A DNA stretch of 64,000 bases from Escherichia coli (GTDB taxonomy: Bacteria; Pseudomonadota; Gammaproteobacteria; Enterobacterales; Enterobacteriaceae). This document shows positions 40,907 through 58,341 of this stretch, one piece after another. A model generated the notes under the pieces. It worked only from the letters and a program-made list of their open reading frames with translations. It was not told the origin of the DNA and ran no database searches. The DNA is taken from assembly GCF_051903065.1 (NCBI RefSeq), contig NZ_CP178438.1, one strand, 5' to 3'. Numbering within the stretch: the stretch's first letter is position 1; every line of letters starts with the position of its first letter. The position numbers and the translations under genes were made by a program.

Positions 40907-41982
40907 TTTGGCTGGCCGAACATTTGGTCAAATATTATTCCGGCTTTAACGTCTTTTCCTATCTGACGTTTCGCGCCATCGTCAGCCTGCTGACCGCGCT
41001 GTTCATCTCATTGTGGATGGGCCCGCGTATGATTGCTCATTTGCAAAAACTTTCCTTTGGTCAGGTGGTGCGTAACGACGGTCCTGAATCACACTTCAGC
41101 AAGCGCGGTACGCCGACCATGGGCGGGATTATGATCCTGACGGCGATTGTGATCTCCGTACTGCTGTGGGCTTACCCGTCCAATCCGTACGTCTGGTGCG
41201 TGTTGGTGGTGCTGGTAGGTTACGGTGTTATTGGCTTTGTTGATGATTATCGCAAAGTGGTGCGTAAAGACACCAAAGGGTTGATCGCTCGTTGGAAGTA
41301 TTTCTGGATGTCGGTCATTGCGCTGGGTGTCGCCTTCGCGCTGTACCTTGTTGGCAAAGACACGCCCGCAACGCAGCTGGTGGTCCCATTCTTTAAAGAT
41401 GTGATGCCGCAACTGGGGCTGTTCTACATTCTGCTGGCTTACTTCGTCATTGTGGGTACTGGCAACGCGGTAAACCTGACCGATGGTCTTGACGGTCTGG
41501 CAATTATGCCGACCGTATTTGTCGCCGGTGGTTTTGCGCTGGTGGCGTGGGCGACCGGCAACATGAACTTTGCCAGCTATTTACACATACCGTATCTGCG
41601 ACACGCCGGGGAACTGGTTATTGTCTGTACCGCGATAGTCGGGGCAGGACTGGGCTTCCTGTGGTTTAACACCTATCCGGCGCAGGTCTTTATGGGCGAT
41701 GTAGGTTCGCTGGCGTTAGGTGGTGCGTTAGGCATTATCGCCGTACTGCTACGTCAGGAATTCCTGCTGGTGATTATGGGGGGCGTGTTCGTGGTAGAAA
41801 CGCTTTCTGTCATCCTGCAGGTCGGCTCCTTTAAACTGCGCGGACAACGTATTTTCCGCATGGCACCGATTCATCACCACTATGAACTGAAAGGCTGGCC
41901 GGAACCGCGCGTCATTGTGCGTTTCTGGATTATTTCGCTGATGCTGGTCCTGATTGGTCTGGCAACGCTGAAGGTACGTTAA
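40900..41982 (+). CDS. mraY: Phospho-MurNAc-pentapeptide translocase MraY (360 aa)
   Basis: 360-aa [53 protein letters not shown]... Confidence 0.97.
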   Translation: MLVWLAEHLVKYYSGFNVFSYLTFRAIVSLLTALFISLWMGPRMIAHLQKLSFGQVVRNDGPESHFSKRGTPTMGGIMILTAIVISVLLWAYPSNPYVWCVLVVLVGYGVIGFVDDYRKVVRKDTKGLIARWKYFWMSVIALGVAFALYLVGKDTPATQLVVPFFKDVMPQLGLFYILLAYFVIVGTGNAVNLTDGLDGLAIMPTVFVAGGFALVAWATGNMNFASYLHIPYLRHAGELVIVCTAIVGAGLGFLWFNTYPAQVFMGDVGSLALGGALGIIAVLLRQEFLLVIMGGVFVVETLSVILQVGSFKLRGQRIFRMAPIHHHYELKGWPEPRVIVRFWIISLMLVLIGLATLKVR

Positions 41983-41984
41983 TC

Positions 41985-43301
41985 ATGGCTGATTACCAGG
42001 GTAAAAATGTTGTCATTATCGGCCTGGGCCTCACCGGGCTTTCCTGCGTGGACTTTTTCCTCGCTCGCGGTGTGACGCCGCGCGTTATGGATACGCGTAT
42101 GACACCGCCTGGCCTGGATAAATTACCCGAAGCCGTAGAACGCCACACGGGCAGTCTGAATGATGAATGGCTGATGGCGGCAGATCTGATTGTCGCCAGT
42201 CCCGGTATTGCACTGGCGCATCCATCCTTAAGCGCTGCCGCTGATGCCGGAATCGAAATCGTTGGCGATATCGAGCTGTTCTGTCGCGAAGCACAAGCAC
42301 CGATTGTGGCGATTACCGGTTCTAACGGCAAAAGCACGGTCACCACGCTAGTGGGTGAAATGGCGAAAGCGGCGGGGGTTAACGTTGGTGTGGGTGGCAA
42401 TATTGGCCTGCCTGCGTTGATGCTACTGGATGATGAGTGTGAACTGTACGTGCTGGAACTGTCGAGCTTCCAGCTGGAAACCACCTCCAGCTTACAGGCG
42501 GTAGCAGCGACCATTCTGAACGTGACTGAAGATCATATGGATCGCTATCCGTTTGGTTTACAACAGTATCGTGCAGCAAAACTGCGCATTTACGAAAACG
42601 CGAAAGTTTGCGTGGTTAATGCTGATGATGCCTTAACAATGCCGATTCGCGGTGCGGATGAACGCTGCGTCAGCTTTGGCGTCAACATGGGTGACTATCA
42701 CCTGAATCATCAGCAGGGCGAAACCTGGCTGCGGGTGAAAGGCGAGAAAGTGCTGAACGTGAAAGAAATGAAACTTTCCGGGCAGCATAACTACACCAAT
42801 GCGCTCGCAGCACTGGCACTGGCAGACGCAGCTGGTTTGCCGCGCGCCAGCAGCCTGAAAGCATTAACCACATTCACTGGTCTGCCGCATCGCTTTGAAG
42901 TTGTGCTGGAGCATAACGGCGTACGTTGGATTAACGATTCAAAAGCGACCAACGTCGGCAGTACGGAAGCGGCGCTGAATGGCCTGCACGTAGACGGCAC
43001 GCTGCATTTGTTGCTGGGCGGTGATGGTAAATCGGCGGACTTTAGCCCACTGGCGCGTTACCTGAATGGCGATAACGTACGTCTGTATTGTTTCGGTCGT
43101 GACGGCGCGCAGCTGGCGGCGCTACGCCCGGAAGTGGCAGAACAAACCGAAACTATGGAACAGGCGATGCGCTTGCTGGCTCCGCGTGTTCAGCCGGGCG
43201 ATATGGTTCTGCTCTCCCCGGCCTGTGCCAGCCTTGATCAGTTCAAGAACTTTGAACAACGAGGCAATGAGTTTGCCCGTCTGGCGAAGGAGTTAGGTTG
43301 A
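41985..43301 (+). CDS. murD: UDP-MurNAc-L-Ala:D-Glu ligase MurD (438 aa)
   Basis: 438-aa [51 protein letters not shown]... Confidence 0.97.
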
Positions 43302-44545
43302 TGCGTTTATCTCTCCCTCGCCTGAAAATGCCGCGCCTGCCAGGATTCAGTATCCTGGTCTGGATCTCCACGGCGCTAAAGGGCTGGGTGATGGGGTCGC
43401 GGGAAAAAGATACCGACAGCCTGATCATGTACGATCGCACCTTACTGTGGCTGACCTTCGGCCTCGCGGCGATTGGCTTTATCATGGTGACCTCGGCGTC
43501 AATGCCCATAGGGCAACGCTTAACCAACGATCCGTTCTTCTTCGCGAAGCGTGATGGTGTCTATCTGATTTTGGCGTTTATTCTGGCGATCATTACGCTG
43601 CGTCTGCCGATGGAGTTCTGGCAACGCTACAGTGCCACGATGCTGCTCGGATCTATCATCCTGCTGATGATCGTGCTGGTAGTGGGGAGCTCGGTTAAAG
43701 GGGCATCGCGTTGGATCGATCTCGGTTTGCTGCGTATCCAGCCTGCGGAGCTGACAAAACTGTCGCTGTTTTGCTATATCGCCAACTATCTGGTGCGTAA
43801 AGGCGACGAAGTACGTAATAACCTGCGCGGCTTCCTGAAGCCGATGGGCGTGATTCTGGTGTTGGCAGTGTTACTGCTGGCACAGCCAGACCTTGGTACG
43901 GTGGTGGTGTTGTTTGTGACTACGCTGGCGATGTTGTTCCTGGCGGGAGCGAAATTGTGGCAGTTCATTGCCATTATCGGTATGGGCATTTCAGCGGTTG
44001 TGTTGCTGATCCTCGCCGAACCGTACCGTATCCGCCGTGTTACTGCATTCTGGAACCCGTGGGAAGATCCCTTTGGCAGCGGCTATCAGTTAACGCAATC
44101 GCTGATGGCGTTTGGTCGCGGCGAACTTTGGGGGCAAGGTTTAGGTAACTCGGTACAAAAACTGGAGTATCTGCCGGAAGCGCACACTGACTTTATTTTC
44201 GCCATTATCGGCGAAGAACTGGGGTATGTCGGTGTGGTGCTGGCACTTTTAATGGTATTCTTCGTCGCTTTTCGCGCGATGTCGATTGGCCGTAAAGCAT
44301 TAGAAATTGACCACCGTTTTTCCGGTTTTCTCGCCTGTTCCATTGGCATCTGGTTTAGCTTCCAGGCGCTGGTTAACGTAGGCGCGGCGGCGGGGATGTT
44401 ACCGACCAAAGGTCTGACATTGCCGCTTATCAGTTACGGTGGTTCGAGCTTACTGATTATGTCGACAGCCATCATGATGCTGTTGCGTATTGATTATGAA
44501 ACGCGTCTGGAGAAAGCGCAGGCGTTTGTACGAGGTTCACGATGA
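43301..44545 (+). CDS. ftsW: Peptidoglycan glycosyltransferase / lipid II flippase FtsW (414 aa)
   Basis: ORF 43298..44545 (TTG-extended); the ATG at 43301 gives [50 protein letters not shown]... Confidence 0.96.
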
Positions 44546-45609
44546 GTGGTCAAGGAAAGCGATTAATGGTGATGGCAGGCGGAACCGGTGGACATGTATT
44601 CCCGGGACTGGCGGTTGCGCACCATCTAATGGCTCAGGGTTGGCAAGTTCGCTGGCTGGGGACTGCCGACCGTATGGAAGCGGACTTAGTGCCAAAACAT
44701 GGCATCGAAATTGATTTCATTCGTATCTCTGGTCTGCGTGGAAAAGGTATAAAAGCACTGATAGCTGCGCCGCTGCGTATCTTCAATGCCTGGCGTCAGG
44801 CGCGGGCGATTATGAAAGCGTACAAACCTGACGTGGTGCTCGGTATGGGCGGCTACGTATCAGGTCCTGGTGGTCTGGCCGCGTGGTCGTTAGGCATTCC
44901 GGTTGTACTTCATGAACAAAACGGTATTGCGGGCTTAACCAATAAATGGCTGGCGAAGATTGCCACCAAAGTGATGCAGGCGTTTCCAGGTGCTTTCCCC
45001 AATGCGGAAGTGGTGGGTAACCCGGTGCGTACCGATGTGTTGGCGCTACCGTTGCCGCAGCAACGTTTGGCTGGACGTGAAGGTCCGGTTCGTGTGCTGG
45101 TAGTGGGTGGTTCCCAGGGCGCACGCATTCTTAACCAGACAATGCCGCAGGTTGCTGCGAAACTGGGTGATTCAGTCACTATCTGGCATCAGAGCGGCAA
45201 AGGTTCGCAACAATCCGTTGAACAGGCGTATGCCGAAGCGGGGCAACCGCAGCATAAAGTGACGGAATTTATTGATGATATGGCGGCGGCGTATGCGTGG
45301 GCGGATGTCGTCGTTTGCCGCTCCGGTGCGTTAACGGTGAGTGAAATCGCCGCGGCAGGACTACCGGCGTTGTTTGTGCCGTTTCAACATAAAGACCGCC
45401 AGCAATACTGGAATGCGCTACCGCTGGAAAAAGCGGGCGCAGCCAAAATTATCGAGCAGCCACAGCTTAGCGTGGATGCTGTCGCCAACACCCTGGCCGG
45501 GTGGTCGCGAGAAACCTTATTAACCATGGCAGAACGCGCCCGCGCTGCATCCATTCCGGATGCCACCGAGCGAGTGGCAAATGAAGTGAGCCGGGCTGCC
45601 CGGGCGTAA
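44542..45609 (+). CDS. murG: Lipid II synthase (UDP-GlcNAc transferase) MurG (355 aa)
   Basis: 355-aa [57 protein letters not shown]... Confidence 0.97.
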
Positions 45610-45662
45610 TTGTAGCGATGCCTTTTGCATCGTATGAATTTAAGAAGTTAATGGCGTAAAGA

Positions 45663-48051
<2,389 letters not shown>

Positions 48052-48052
48052 T

Positions 48053-48883
48053 ATGTCGCAGGCTGCTCTGAACACGCGAAACAGCGAAGAAGAGGTTTCT
48101 TCTCGCCGCAATAATGGAACGCGTCTGGCGGGGATCCTTTTCCTGCTGACCGTTTTAACGACAGTGTTGGTGAGCGGCTGGGTCGTGTTGGGCTGGATGG
48201 AAGATGCGCAACGCCTGCCGCTCTCAAAGCTGGTGTTGACCGGTGAACGCCATTACACGCGTAATGACGATATCCGGCAGTCGATCCTGGCATTGGGTGA
48301 GCCAGGTACCTTTATGACCCAGGATGTCAACATCATCCAGACGCAAATAGAACAACGCCTGCCGTGGATTAAGCAGGTGAGCGTCAGAAAGCAGTGGCCT
48401 GATGAATTGAAGATTCATCTGGTTGAATATGTGCCGATTGCGCGGTGGAATGATCAACATATGGTAGACGCGGAAGGAAACACCTTCAGCGTGCCGCCAG
48501 ATCGCACCAGCAAGCAGGTGCTTCCAATGCTGTATGGCCCGGAAGGCAGCGCCAATGAAGTGTTGCAGGGCTATCGCGAAATGGGGCAGATGCTGGCAAA
48601 GGACAGATTTACTCTGAAGGAAGCGGCGATGACCGCGCGGCGTTCCTGGCAGTTGACGCTGAATAACGATATTAAGCTCAATCTTGGCCGGGGCGATACG
48701 ATGAAACGTTTGGCTCGCTTTGTAGAACTTTATCCGGTTTTACAGCAGCAGGCGCAAACCGATGGCAAACGGATTAGCTACGTTGATTTGCGTTATGACT
48801 CTGGAGCGGCAGTAGGCTGGGCGCCCTTGCCGCCAGAGGAATCTACTCAGCAACAAAATCAGGCACAGGCAGAACAACAATGA
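48053..48883 (+). CDS. ftsQ: Cell division protein FtsQ (276 aa)
   Basis: 276-aa [67 protein letters not shown]... Confidence 0.97.
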   Translation: MSQAALNTRNSEEEVSSRRNNGTRLAGILFLLTVLTTVLVSGWVVLGWMEDAQRLPLSKLVLTGERHYTRNDDIRQSILALGEPGTFMTQDVNIIQTQIEQRLPWIKQVSVRKQWPDELKIHLVEYVPIARWNDQHMVDAEGNTFSVPPDRTSKQVLPMLYGPEGSANEVLQGYREMGQMLAKDRFTLKEAAMTARRSWQLTLNNDIKLNLGRGDTMKRLARFVELYPVLQQQAQTDGKRISYVDLRYDSGAAVGWAPLPPEESTQQQNQAQAEQQ

Positions 48884-50142
48884 TCAAGGCGACGGACAGA
48901 AAACTGGTAGTAGGACTGGAGATTGGTACCGCGAAGGTTGCCGCTTTAGTAGGGGAAGTTCTGCCCGACGGTATGGTCAATATCATTGGCGTGGGCAGCT
49001 GCCCGTCGCGTGGTATGGATAAAGGCGGGGTGAACGACCTCGAATCCGTGGTCAAGTGCGTACAACGTGCCATTGACCAGGCAGAATTGATGGCAGATTG
49101 TCAGATCTCTTCGGTATATCTGGCGCTTTCTGGTAAGCACATCAGCTGCCAGAATGAAATTGGTATGGTGCCTATTTCTGAAGAAGAAGTGACGCAAGAA
49201 GATGTGGAAAACGTCGTCCATACCGCGAAATCGGTGCGTGTGCGCGATGAGCATCGTGTGCTGCATGTGATCCCGCAAGAGTATGCGATTGACTATCAGG
49301 AAGGGATCAAGAATCCGGTAGGACTTTCGGGCGTGCGGATGCAGGCAAAAGTGCACCTGATCACATGTCACAACGATATGGCGAAAAACATCGTCAAAGC
49401 GGTTGAACGTTGTGGGCTGAAAGTTGACCAACTGATATTTGCCGGACTGGCATCAAGTTATTCGGTATTGACGGAAGATGAACGTGAACTGGGTGTCTGC
49501 GTCGTCGATATCGGTGGTGGTACAATGGATATCGCCGTTTATACCGGTGGGGCATTGCGCCACACTAAGGTAATTCCTTATGCTGGCAATGTCGTGACCA
49601 GTGATATCGCTTACGCCTTTGGCACGCCGCCAAGCGACGCCGAAGCGATTAAAGTTCGCCACGGTTGTGCGCTGGGTTCCATCGTTGGAAAAGATGAGAG
49701 CGTGGAAGTGCCGAGCGTAGGTGGTCGTCCGCCGCGGAGTCTGCAACGTCAGACCCTGGCAGAGGTGATCGAGCCGCGCTATACCGAGCTGCTCAACCTG
49801 GTCAACGAAGAGATATTGCAGTTGCAGGAAAAGCTTCGCCAACAAGGGGTTAAACATCACCTGGCGGCAGGCATTGTATTAACCGGTGGCGCAGCGCAGA
49901 TCGAAGGTCTTGCAGCCTGTGCTCAGCGCGTGTTTCATACGCAAGTGCGTATCGGCGCGCCGCTGAACATTACCGGTTTAACGGATTATGCTCAGGAGCC
50001 GTATTATTCGACGGCGGTGGGATTGCTTCACTATGGGAAAGAGTCACATCTTAACGGTGAAGCTGAAGTAGAAAAACGTGTTACAGCATCAGTTGGCTCG
50101 TGGATCAAGCGACTCAATAGTTGGCTGCGAAAAGAGTTTTAA
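48880..50142 (+). CDS. ftsA: Cell division protein FtsA (420 aa)
   Basis: 420-aa [57 protein letters not shown]... Confidence 0.97.
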   Translation: MIKATDRKLVVGLEIGTAKVAALVGEVLPDGMVNIIGVGSCPSRGMDKGGVNDLESVVKCVQRAIDQAELMADCQISSVYLALSGKHISCQNEIGMVPISEEEVTQEDVENVVHTAKSVRVRDEHRVLHVIPQEYAIDYQEGIKNPVGLSGVRMQAKVHLITCHNDMAKNIVKAVERCGLKVDQLIFAGLASSYSVLTEDERELGVCVVDIGGGTMDIAVYTGGALRHTKVIPYAGNVVTSDIAYAFGTPPSDAEAIKVRHGCALGSIVGKDESVEVPSVGGRPPRSLQRQTLAEVIEPRYTELLNLVNEEILQLQEKLRQQGVKHHLAAGIVLTGGAAQIEGLAACAQRVFHTQVRIGAPLNITGLTDYAQEPYYSTAVGLLHYGKESHLNGEAEVEKRVTASVGSWIKRLNSWLRKEF

Positions 50143-50202
50143 TTTTTATGAGGCCGACGATGATTACGGCCTCAGGCGACAGGCACAAATCGGAGAGAAA
50201 CT

Positions 50203-51354
50203 ATGTTTGAACCAATGGAACTTACCAATGACGCGGTGATTAAAGTCATCGGCGTCGGCGGCGGTGGCGGTAATGCTGTTGAACACATGGTGCGTGAGCG
50301 CATTGAAGGTGTTGAATTCTTCGCGGTAAATACCGATGCACAAGCGCTGCGTAAAACAGCGGTTGGACAGACGATTCAAATCGGTAGCGGTATCACCAAA
50401 GGACTGGGCGCTGGCGCTAATCCAGAAGTTGGCCGCAATGCGGCTGATGAGGATCGCGATGCATTGCGTGCGGCGCTGGAAGGTGCAGACATGGTCTTTA
50501 TTGCTGCGGGTATGGGTGGTGGTACCGGTACAGGTGCAGCACCAGTCGTCGCTGAAGTGGCAAAAGATTTGGGTATCCTGACCGTTGCTGTCGTCACTAA
50601 GCCTTTCAACTTTGAAGGCAAGAAGCGTATGGCATTCGCGGAGCAGGGGATCACTGAACTGTCCAAGCATGTGGACTCTCTGATCACTATCCCGAACGAC
50701 AAACTGCTGAAAGTTCTGGGCCGCGGTATCTCCCTGCTGGATGCGTTTGGCGCAGCGAACGATGTACTGAAAGGCGCTGTGCAAGGTATCGCCGAACTGA
50801 TTACTCGTCCGGGTTTGATGAACGTGGACTTTGCAGACGTACGCACCGTAATGTCTGAAATGGGCTACGCAATGATGGGTTCTGGCGTGGCAAGCGGTGA
50901 AGACCGTGCGGAAGAAGCTGCTGAAATGGCTATCTCTTCTCCGCTGCTGGAAGATATCGACCTGTCTGGCGCACGCGGCGTGCTGGTTAACATCACAGCG
51001 GGCTTCGACCTGCGTCTGGATGAGTTCGAAACGGTAGGTAACACCATCCGTGCATTTGCTTCCGACAACGCGACCGTGGTTATCGGTACTTCTCTTGACC
51101 CGGATATGAATGACGAGCTGCGCGTAACTGTTGTTGCGACAGGTATCGGCATGGACAAACGTCCTGAAATCACTCTGGTGACCAATAAGCAGGTTCAGCA
51201 GCCAGTGATGGATCGCTACCAGCAGCACGGGATGGCTCCGCTGACCCAGGAGCAGAAGCCGGTTGCTAAAGTCGTGAATGACAATGCGCCGCAAACTGCG
51301 AAAGAGCCGGATTATCTGGATATCCCAGCATTCCTGCGTAAGCAAGCTGATTAA
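50203..51354 (+). CDS. ftsZ: Cell division GTPase FtsZ (383 aa)
   Basis: 383-aa [54 protein letters not shown]...; tubulin signature GGGTGTG. Confidence 0.98.
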
Positions 51355-51433
51355 GAATTGACTGGAATTTGGGTTTCGAGGCTCTTTGTGCTAAACTGGC
51401 CCGCCGAATGTATAGTACACTTCGGTTGGATAG

Positions 51434-52372
<939 letters not shown>

Positions 52373-52434
52373 CGACATTTATACTGTCGTATAAAATTCG
52401 ACTGGCAAATCTGGCACTCTCTCCGGCCAGGTGA

Positions 52435-53115
<681 letters not shown>

Positions 53116-53176
53116 CAACAATAAACCTTTACTTCATTTTATTAACTCCGCAACGCGGGGCGTTTGAGATTTTATT

Positions 53177-55882
53177 ATGCTAATCAAATTATTAACTAAA
53201 GTTTTCGGTAGTCGTAACGATCGCACCCTGCGCCGGATGCGCAAAGTGGTCAACATCATCAATGCCATGGAACCGGAGATGGAAAAACTCTCCGACGAAG
53301 AACTGAAAGGGAAAACCGCAGAGTTTCGTGCACGTCTGGAAAAAGGCGAAGTGCTGGAAAGTCTGATCCCGGAAGCTTTCGCCGTGGTACGTGAGGCAAG
53401 TAAGCGCGTCTTTGGTATGCGTCACTTCGACGTTCAGTTACTCGGCGGTATGGTTCTTAACGAACGCTGCATCGCCGAAATGCGTACCGGTGAAGGTAAA
53501 ACCCTGACCGCAACGCTGCCTGCTTACCTGAACGCACTAACCGGTAAAGGCGTGCATGTAGTTACCGTCAACGACTACCTGGCGCAACGTGACGCCGAAA
53601 ACAACCGTCCGCTGTTTGAATTCCTTGGCCTGACTGTCGGTATCAACCTGCCGGGCATGCCAGCACCGGCAAAGCGCGAAGCTTACGCAGCTGACATCAC
53701 TTACGGTACGAACAACGAATATGGCTTTGACTACCTGCGCGACAATATGGCGTTCAGCCCTGAAGAACGTGTACAGCGTAAACTGCACTATGCGCTGGTG
53801 GACGAAGTGGACTCCATCCTGATCGATGAAGCGCGTACACCGCTGATCATTTCCGGCCCGGCAGAAGACAGCTCGGAAATGTATAAACGCGTGAATAAAA
53901 TTATTCCGCACCTGATCCGTCAGGAAAAAGAAGACTCCGAAACCTTCCAGGGCGAAGGCCACTTCTCGGTGGACGAAAAATCTCGCCAGGTGAACCTGAC
54001 CGAACGTGGTCTGGTGCTGATTGAAGAACTGCTGGTGAAAGAGGGCATCATGGATGAAGGGGAGTCTCTGTACTCTCCGGCCAACATCATGCTGATGCAC
54101 CACGTAACGGCGGCGCTGCGCGCTCATGCGCTGTTTACCCGTGACGTCGACTACATCGTTAAAGATGGTGAAGTTATCATCGTTGACGAACACACCGGTC
54201 GTACCATGCAGGGCCGTCGCTGGTCCGATGGTCTGCACCAGGCTGTGGAAGCGAAAGAAGGTGTGCAGATCCAGAACGAAAACCAAACGCTGGCTTCGAT
54301 CACCTTCCAGAACTACTTCCGTCTGTATGAAAAACTGGCGGGGATGACCGGTACTGCTGATACCGAAGCTTTCGAATTCAGCTCCATCTACAAGCTGGAT
54401 ACCGTCGTTGTTCCGACCAACCGTCCAATGATTCGTAAAGATCTGCCTGACCTGGTCTACATGACTGAAGCGGAAAAAATTCAGGCGATCATTGAAGATA
54501 TCAAAGAACGTACTGCGAAAGGCCAGCCGGTGCTGGTGGGTACAATCTCCATCGAAAAATCGGAGCTGGTGTCAAACGAACTGACCAAAGCCGGTATTAA
54601 GCACAATGTCCTGAACGCCAAATTCCACGCCAACGAAGCGGCGATTGTTGCTCAGGCAGGTTATCCGGCTGCGGTGACTATCGCGACCAACATGGCGGGT
54701 CGTGGTACAGATATTGTGCTCGGTGGTAGCTGGCAGGCAGAAGTTGCCGCGCTGGAAAATCCGACCGCAGAGCAAATTGAAAAAATTAAAGCCGACTGGC
54801 AGGTACGTCACGATGCGGTACTGGCAGCAGGTGGCCTGCATATCATCGGTACCGAGCGTCACGAATCCCGTCGTATCGATAACCAGTTGCGCGGTCGTTC
54901 TGGTCGTCAGGGGGATGCTGGTTCTTCCCGTTTCTACCTGTCGATGGAAGATGCGCTGATGCGTATTTTTGCTTCCGACCGAGTATCCGGCATGATGCGT
55001 AAACTGGGTATGAAGCCAGGCGAAGCCATTGAACACCCGTGGGTGACCAAAGCGATTGCTAACGCCCAGCGTAAAGTTGAAAGCCGTAACTTCGACATTC
55101 GTAAGCAACTGCTGGAATATGATGACGTGGCTAACGATCAGCGTCGCGCCATTTACTCCCAGCGTAACGAATTGCTGGATGTTAGCGATGTGAGCGAAAC
55201 CATTAACAGCATTCGTGAAGATGTGTTCAAAGCGACCATTGATGCCTACATTCCACCACAGTCGCTGGAAGAAATGTGGGATATTCCGGGGCTGCAGGAA
55301 CGTCTGAAGAACGATTTCGACCTCGATTTGCCAATTGCCGAGTGGCTGGATAAAGAACCAGAACTGCATGAAGAGACGCTGCGTGAGCGCATTCTGGCGC
55401 AGTCCATCGAAGTGTATCAGCGTAAAGAAGAAGTGGTTGGTGCTGAGATGATGCGTCACTTCGAGAAAGGCGTCATGCTGCAAACGCTTGACTCCCTGTG
55501 GAAAGAGCACCTGGCAGCGATGGACTATCTGCGTCAGGGTATCCACCTGCGTGGCTACGCACAGAAAGATCCGAAGCAGGAATACAAACGTGAATCGTTC
55601 TCCATGTTTGCAGCGATGCTGGAGTCGTTGAAATATGAAGTTATCAGTACGCTGAGCAAAGTTCAGGTACGTATGCCTGAAGAGGTTGAGGAGCTGGAAC
55701 AACAGCGTCGTATGGAAGCCGAGCGTTTAGCGCAAATGCAGCAGCTTAGCCATCAGGATGACGACTCTGCAGCCGCGGCTGCACTGGCGGCGCAAACCGG
55801 TGAACGCAAAGTAGGACGTAACGATCCTTGCCCGTGCGGTTCTGGTAAAAAATACAAGCAGTGCCATGGTCGCCTGCAATAA
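53177..55882 (+). CDS. secA: Preprotein translocase ATPase SecA (901 aa)
   Basis: 901-aa [66 protein letters not shown]...; C-terminal zinc-binding [14 protein letters not shown]. Confidence 0.98.
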   Translation: MLIKLLTKVFGSRNDRTLRRMRKVVNIINAMEPEMEKLSDEELKGKTAEFRARLEKGEVLESLIPEAFAVVREASKRVFGMRHFDVQLLGGMVLNERCIAEMRTGEGKTLTATLPAYLNALTGKGVHVVTVNDYLAQRDAENNRPLFEFLGLTVGINLPGMPAPAKREAYAADITYGTNNEYGFDYLRDNMAFSPEERVQRKLHYALVDEVDSILIDEARTPLIISGPAEDSSEMYKRVNKIIPHLIRQEKEDSETFQGEGHFSVDEKSRQVNLTERGLVLIEELLVKEGIMDEGESLYSPANIMLMHHVTAALRAHALFTRDVDYIVKDGEVIIVDEHTGRTMQGRRWSDGLHQAVEAKEGVQIQNENQTLASITFQNYFRLYEKLAGMTGTADTEAFEFSSIYKLDTVVVPTNRPMIRKDLPDLVYMTEAEKIQAIIEDIKERTAKGQPVLVGTISIEKSELVSNELTKAGIKHNVLNAKFHANEAAIVAQAGYPAAVTIATNMAGRGTDIVLGGSWQAEVAALENPTAEQIEKIKADWQVRHDAVLAAGGLHIIGTERHESRRIDNQLRGRSGRQGDAGSSRFYLSMEDALMRIFASDRVSGMMRKLGMKPGEAIEHPWVTKAIANAQRKVESRNFDIRKQLLEYDDVANDQRRAIYSQRNELLDVSDVSETINSIREDVFKATIDAYIPPQSLEEMWDIPGLQERLKNDFDLDLPIAEWLDKEPELHEETLRERILAQSIEVYQRKEEVVGAEMMRHFEKGVMLQTLDSLWKEHLAAMDYLRQGIHLRGYAQKDPKQEYKRESFSMFAAMLESLKYEVISTLSKVQVRMPEEVEELEQQRRMEAERLAQMQQLSHQDDDSAAAAALAAQTGERKVGRNDPCPCGSGKKYKQCHGRLQ

Positions 55883-55903
55883 AAGCTAACAGTTGAAGTA
55901 AAA

Positions 55904-55928
55904 GGCGCAGGATTCTGCGCCTTTTTTA
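55904..55928 (+). terminator. secA rho-independent terminator
   Basis: ggcgcaggattctgcgcc hairpin followed by a T6 run. Confidence 0.85.
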
Positions 55929-55941
55929 TAGGTTTAAGACA

Positions 55942-56331
55942 ATGAAAAAGCTGCAAATTGCGGTAGGTATTATTCGCAACGAGAACAATGAAATCTTTAT
56001 AACGCGTCGCGCAGCAGATGCGCACATGGCGAATAAACTGGAGTTTCCCGGCGGTAAAATTGAAATGGGTGAAACGCCGGAACAGGCGGTGGTGCGTGAA
56101 CTTCAGGAAGAAGTCGGGATTATCCCACAACATTTTTCGCTATTTGAAAAACTGGAATATGAATTCCCGGACAGGCATATAACTCTGTGGTTCTGGCTGG
56201 TCGAAAGCTGGGAAGGGGAGCCGTGGGGTAAAGAAGGGCAACCCGGTAAGTGGATGTCGCTGGTCGGTCTTAATGCCGATGATTTTCCGCCAGCCAATGA
56301 ACCGGTAATTGCGAAGCTTAAACGTCTGTAG
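55942..56331 (+). CDS. mutT: 8-oxo-dGTP diphosphatase MutT (129 aa)
   Basis: 129-aa ORF MKKLQIAVGIIRNENNEIFITRRAADAHMANKLEFPGGKIEMGETPEQAVVRELQEEVGI (Nudix box). Confidence 0.97.
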   Translation: MKKLQIAVGIIRNENNEIFITRRAADAHMANKLEFPGGKIEMGETPEQAVVRELQEEVGIIPQHFSLFEKLEYEFPDRHITLWFWLVESWEGEPWGKEGQPGKWMSLVGLNADDFPPANEPVIAKLKRL

Positions 56332-56334
56332 GTC

Positions 56335-56530
<196 letters not shown>

Positions 56531-56546
56531 CGGCATCAGACAAATG

Positions 56547-56744
56547 TCACTGCTTTGGCTCTTCGCTCCAGTCATCGCTTTCGGAAAGATCGCCACTGCT
56601 GGGGATTCGTTTTTCTTCAGCAGCCCATTCTCCGAGGTCGATCAGCTGACAACGTTTGGAGCAAAATGGCCGAAACGGGCTGATTTCACCCCACACCACC
56701 GTTTTCCCGCAGGTTGGGCAATTCACCGTAATAGTTTCTGACAT
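56547..56744 (-). CDS. yacG: DNA gyrase inhibitor YacG (65 aa, zinc ribbon)
   Basis: 65-aa [52 protein letters not shown]... Confidence 0.93.
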
Positions 56745-56753
56745 TTTTACTCC

Positions 56754-57497
56754 TTAGCAACAGGCCAGTTCGAAATCCAGACGTTCCGGTACCTGTCCGT
56801 TTTCAGTGTCCAGCGGCATAAAACGAATGGCAAAACGGCTCTTATGTCCGGAAATTTGCGGATAAAGCTGTGAATCGAGCGACAGATTCAGGCGCAGCAA
56901 GTCGGCATCGCCACCGTTATCCTGATAAAAACCATTCAGGCTGGTTTGTTTACGGAAGGGGGCCGACTGGCGAATTAAATCCAGCACCATGGTAAGTGCC
57001 TGGGTGAGCGGATTCAGGCTGGCAATCCAGGTTTCTACCTGGCTGTCGCGCTGCGCCTGGGGTAGATGCAGCCAAATGTGCAATGTAGGTAAATCAAAGC
57101 TGCAACAGCCGCCTGGGATGCTCAGTCGCTGACGCACCAGAGCAATCAAACGATCTTCACGCAGAAATTGCCCGATACGCGGCGCGGAGATTAATACGCT
57201 CCCCGCCGCTTTTAACTGCTGAATTAATGCTTCAATACGGCTCTGGTCCACGCCAGGCACGCCAATCCAGGTCTGGAGTTTACGTTGCTGCCGGTCAAGT
57301 TCTTTCAACAGCTCAGTGCGGACTTCGCCGCGCTCGAAAACATCCAGTAATTCACTGACATTACGGAAGAAATGCAGCGCGCCAGCGTGGTCAACGATGG
57401 GTAAATTAACGGTGAGTTGCTGAATCAAAAACTCAATGCGCAGCCATGTACGCATTTTTTCATTTAGTGGATGTTCAAAAAGGACCTGGGTCTGCAT
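56754..57497 (-). CDS. zapD: Cell division factor ZapD (YacF), 247 aa
   Basis: 247-aa [50 protein letters not shown]... Confidence 0.95.
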
Positions 57498-58117
57498 TAC
57501 GGTTTTTCCTGTGAGACAAACTGCGACGCAAGCTGCAAATAGTGTGCGTGCAGGCGGGCAACATCCGATGCGATAGCATCCGGTGCGCCGTTATTATCAA
57601 TGACGTCATCTGCCACGGCAAGGCGGGCTTCGCGCGTTGCCTGAGCAGCAAGGATTTGTTCGACATGCTCGCGAGTTACATCATCGCGCTGCATGGTGCG
57701 CTTAAGTTGCGTTTCTGGGCTGACATCCACCACCAGCACTCGATTCGCTTTTTTATACAGTGAGTTTTCTACCAGCAATGGCACAACCCACAGTACATAG
57801 GGGGAGGTTGCTTGCTGGATCTGGTGTTGCGTCTCTTGCTGAATCAGCGGATGCAGCAGGTCGTTAAGCCAGTTTTTCTCTTCCGGGTTGGCGAAGATCC
57901 GCTCGCGCAAGGCCCGGCGCTGCAATGTTCCATCAGCAGCAATCATGTTAGCGCCAAAGTGATCAGCAATGGCATGTAGCGCAGGTGCACCTGGTTCAAC
58001 CACCTGACGCGCAATAATATCGGCATCAATGACGTTAATTCCGAGATCAGCAAACGCATTGGCAACGGTACTCTTGCCACTGCCAATGCCTCCCGTTAAG
58101 GCAACTATATACCTCAT
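57497..58117 (-). CDS. coaE: Dephospho-CoA kinase CoaE (206 aa)
   Basis: 206-aa [50 protein letters not shown] (P-loop); stop overlaps the zapD start by 1 nt. Confidence 0.96.
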
Positions 58118-58341
58118 AATTTATATTCCCGGGAATTCATCATGATTATCAAAACGTTAAAAATGAGCGCACGAAAGCGAAATTGATGAAACGTTCGCTC
58201 ACTATTTACCAGGTAAATTTATGGGATTGTAGCGTAAAAAAAGACAATTTCGCAGTCTTGCGCCGCATTGATTAGTGCGTATGATAGCGTCACTGGAGTT
58301 GCGCTCTTACCCTTATAGCCATTAACCCCAGGAATCCGCAC

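Noticed and set aside
50164-51345. 393-aa ORF antisense to ftsZ
   Set aside because: It lies entirely inside ftsZ on the opposite strand and has low-complexity, Cys/His/Arg-rich composition. Highly expressed GC-balanced genes often have long stop-free antisense frames; there is no independent start context or other support.
54572-55702. 376-aa and 249-aa (53537..54286) ORFs antisense to secA
   Set aside because: Same reasoning: shadow ORFs within a well-supported gene, with no RBS and no recognisable domain.
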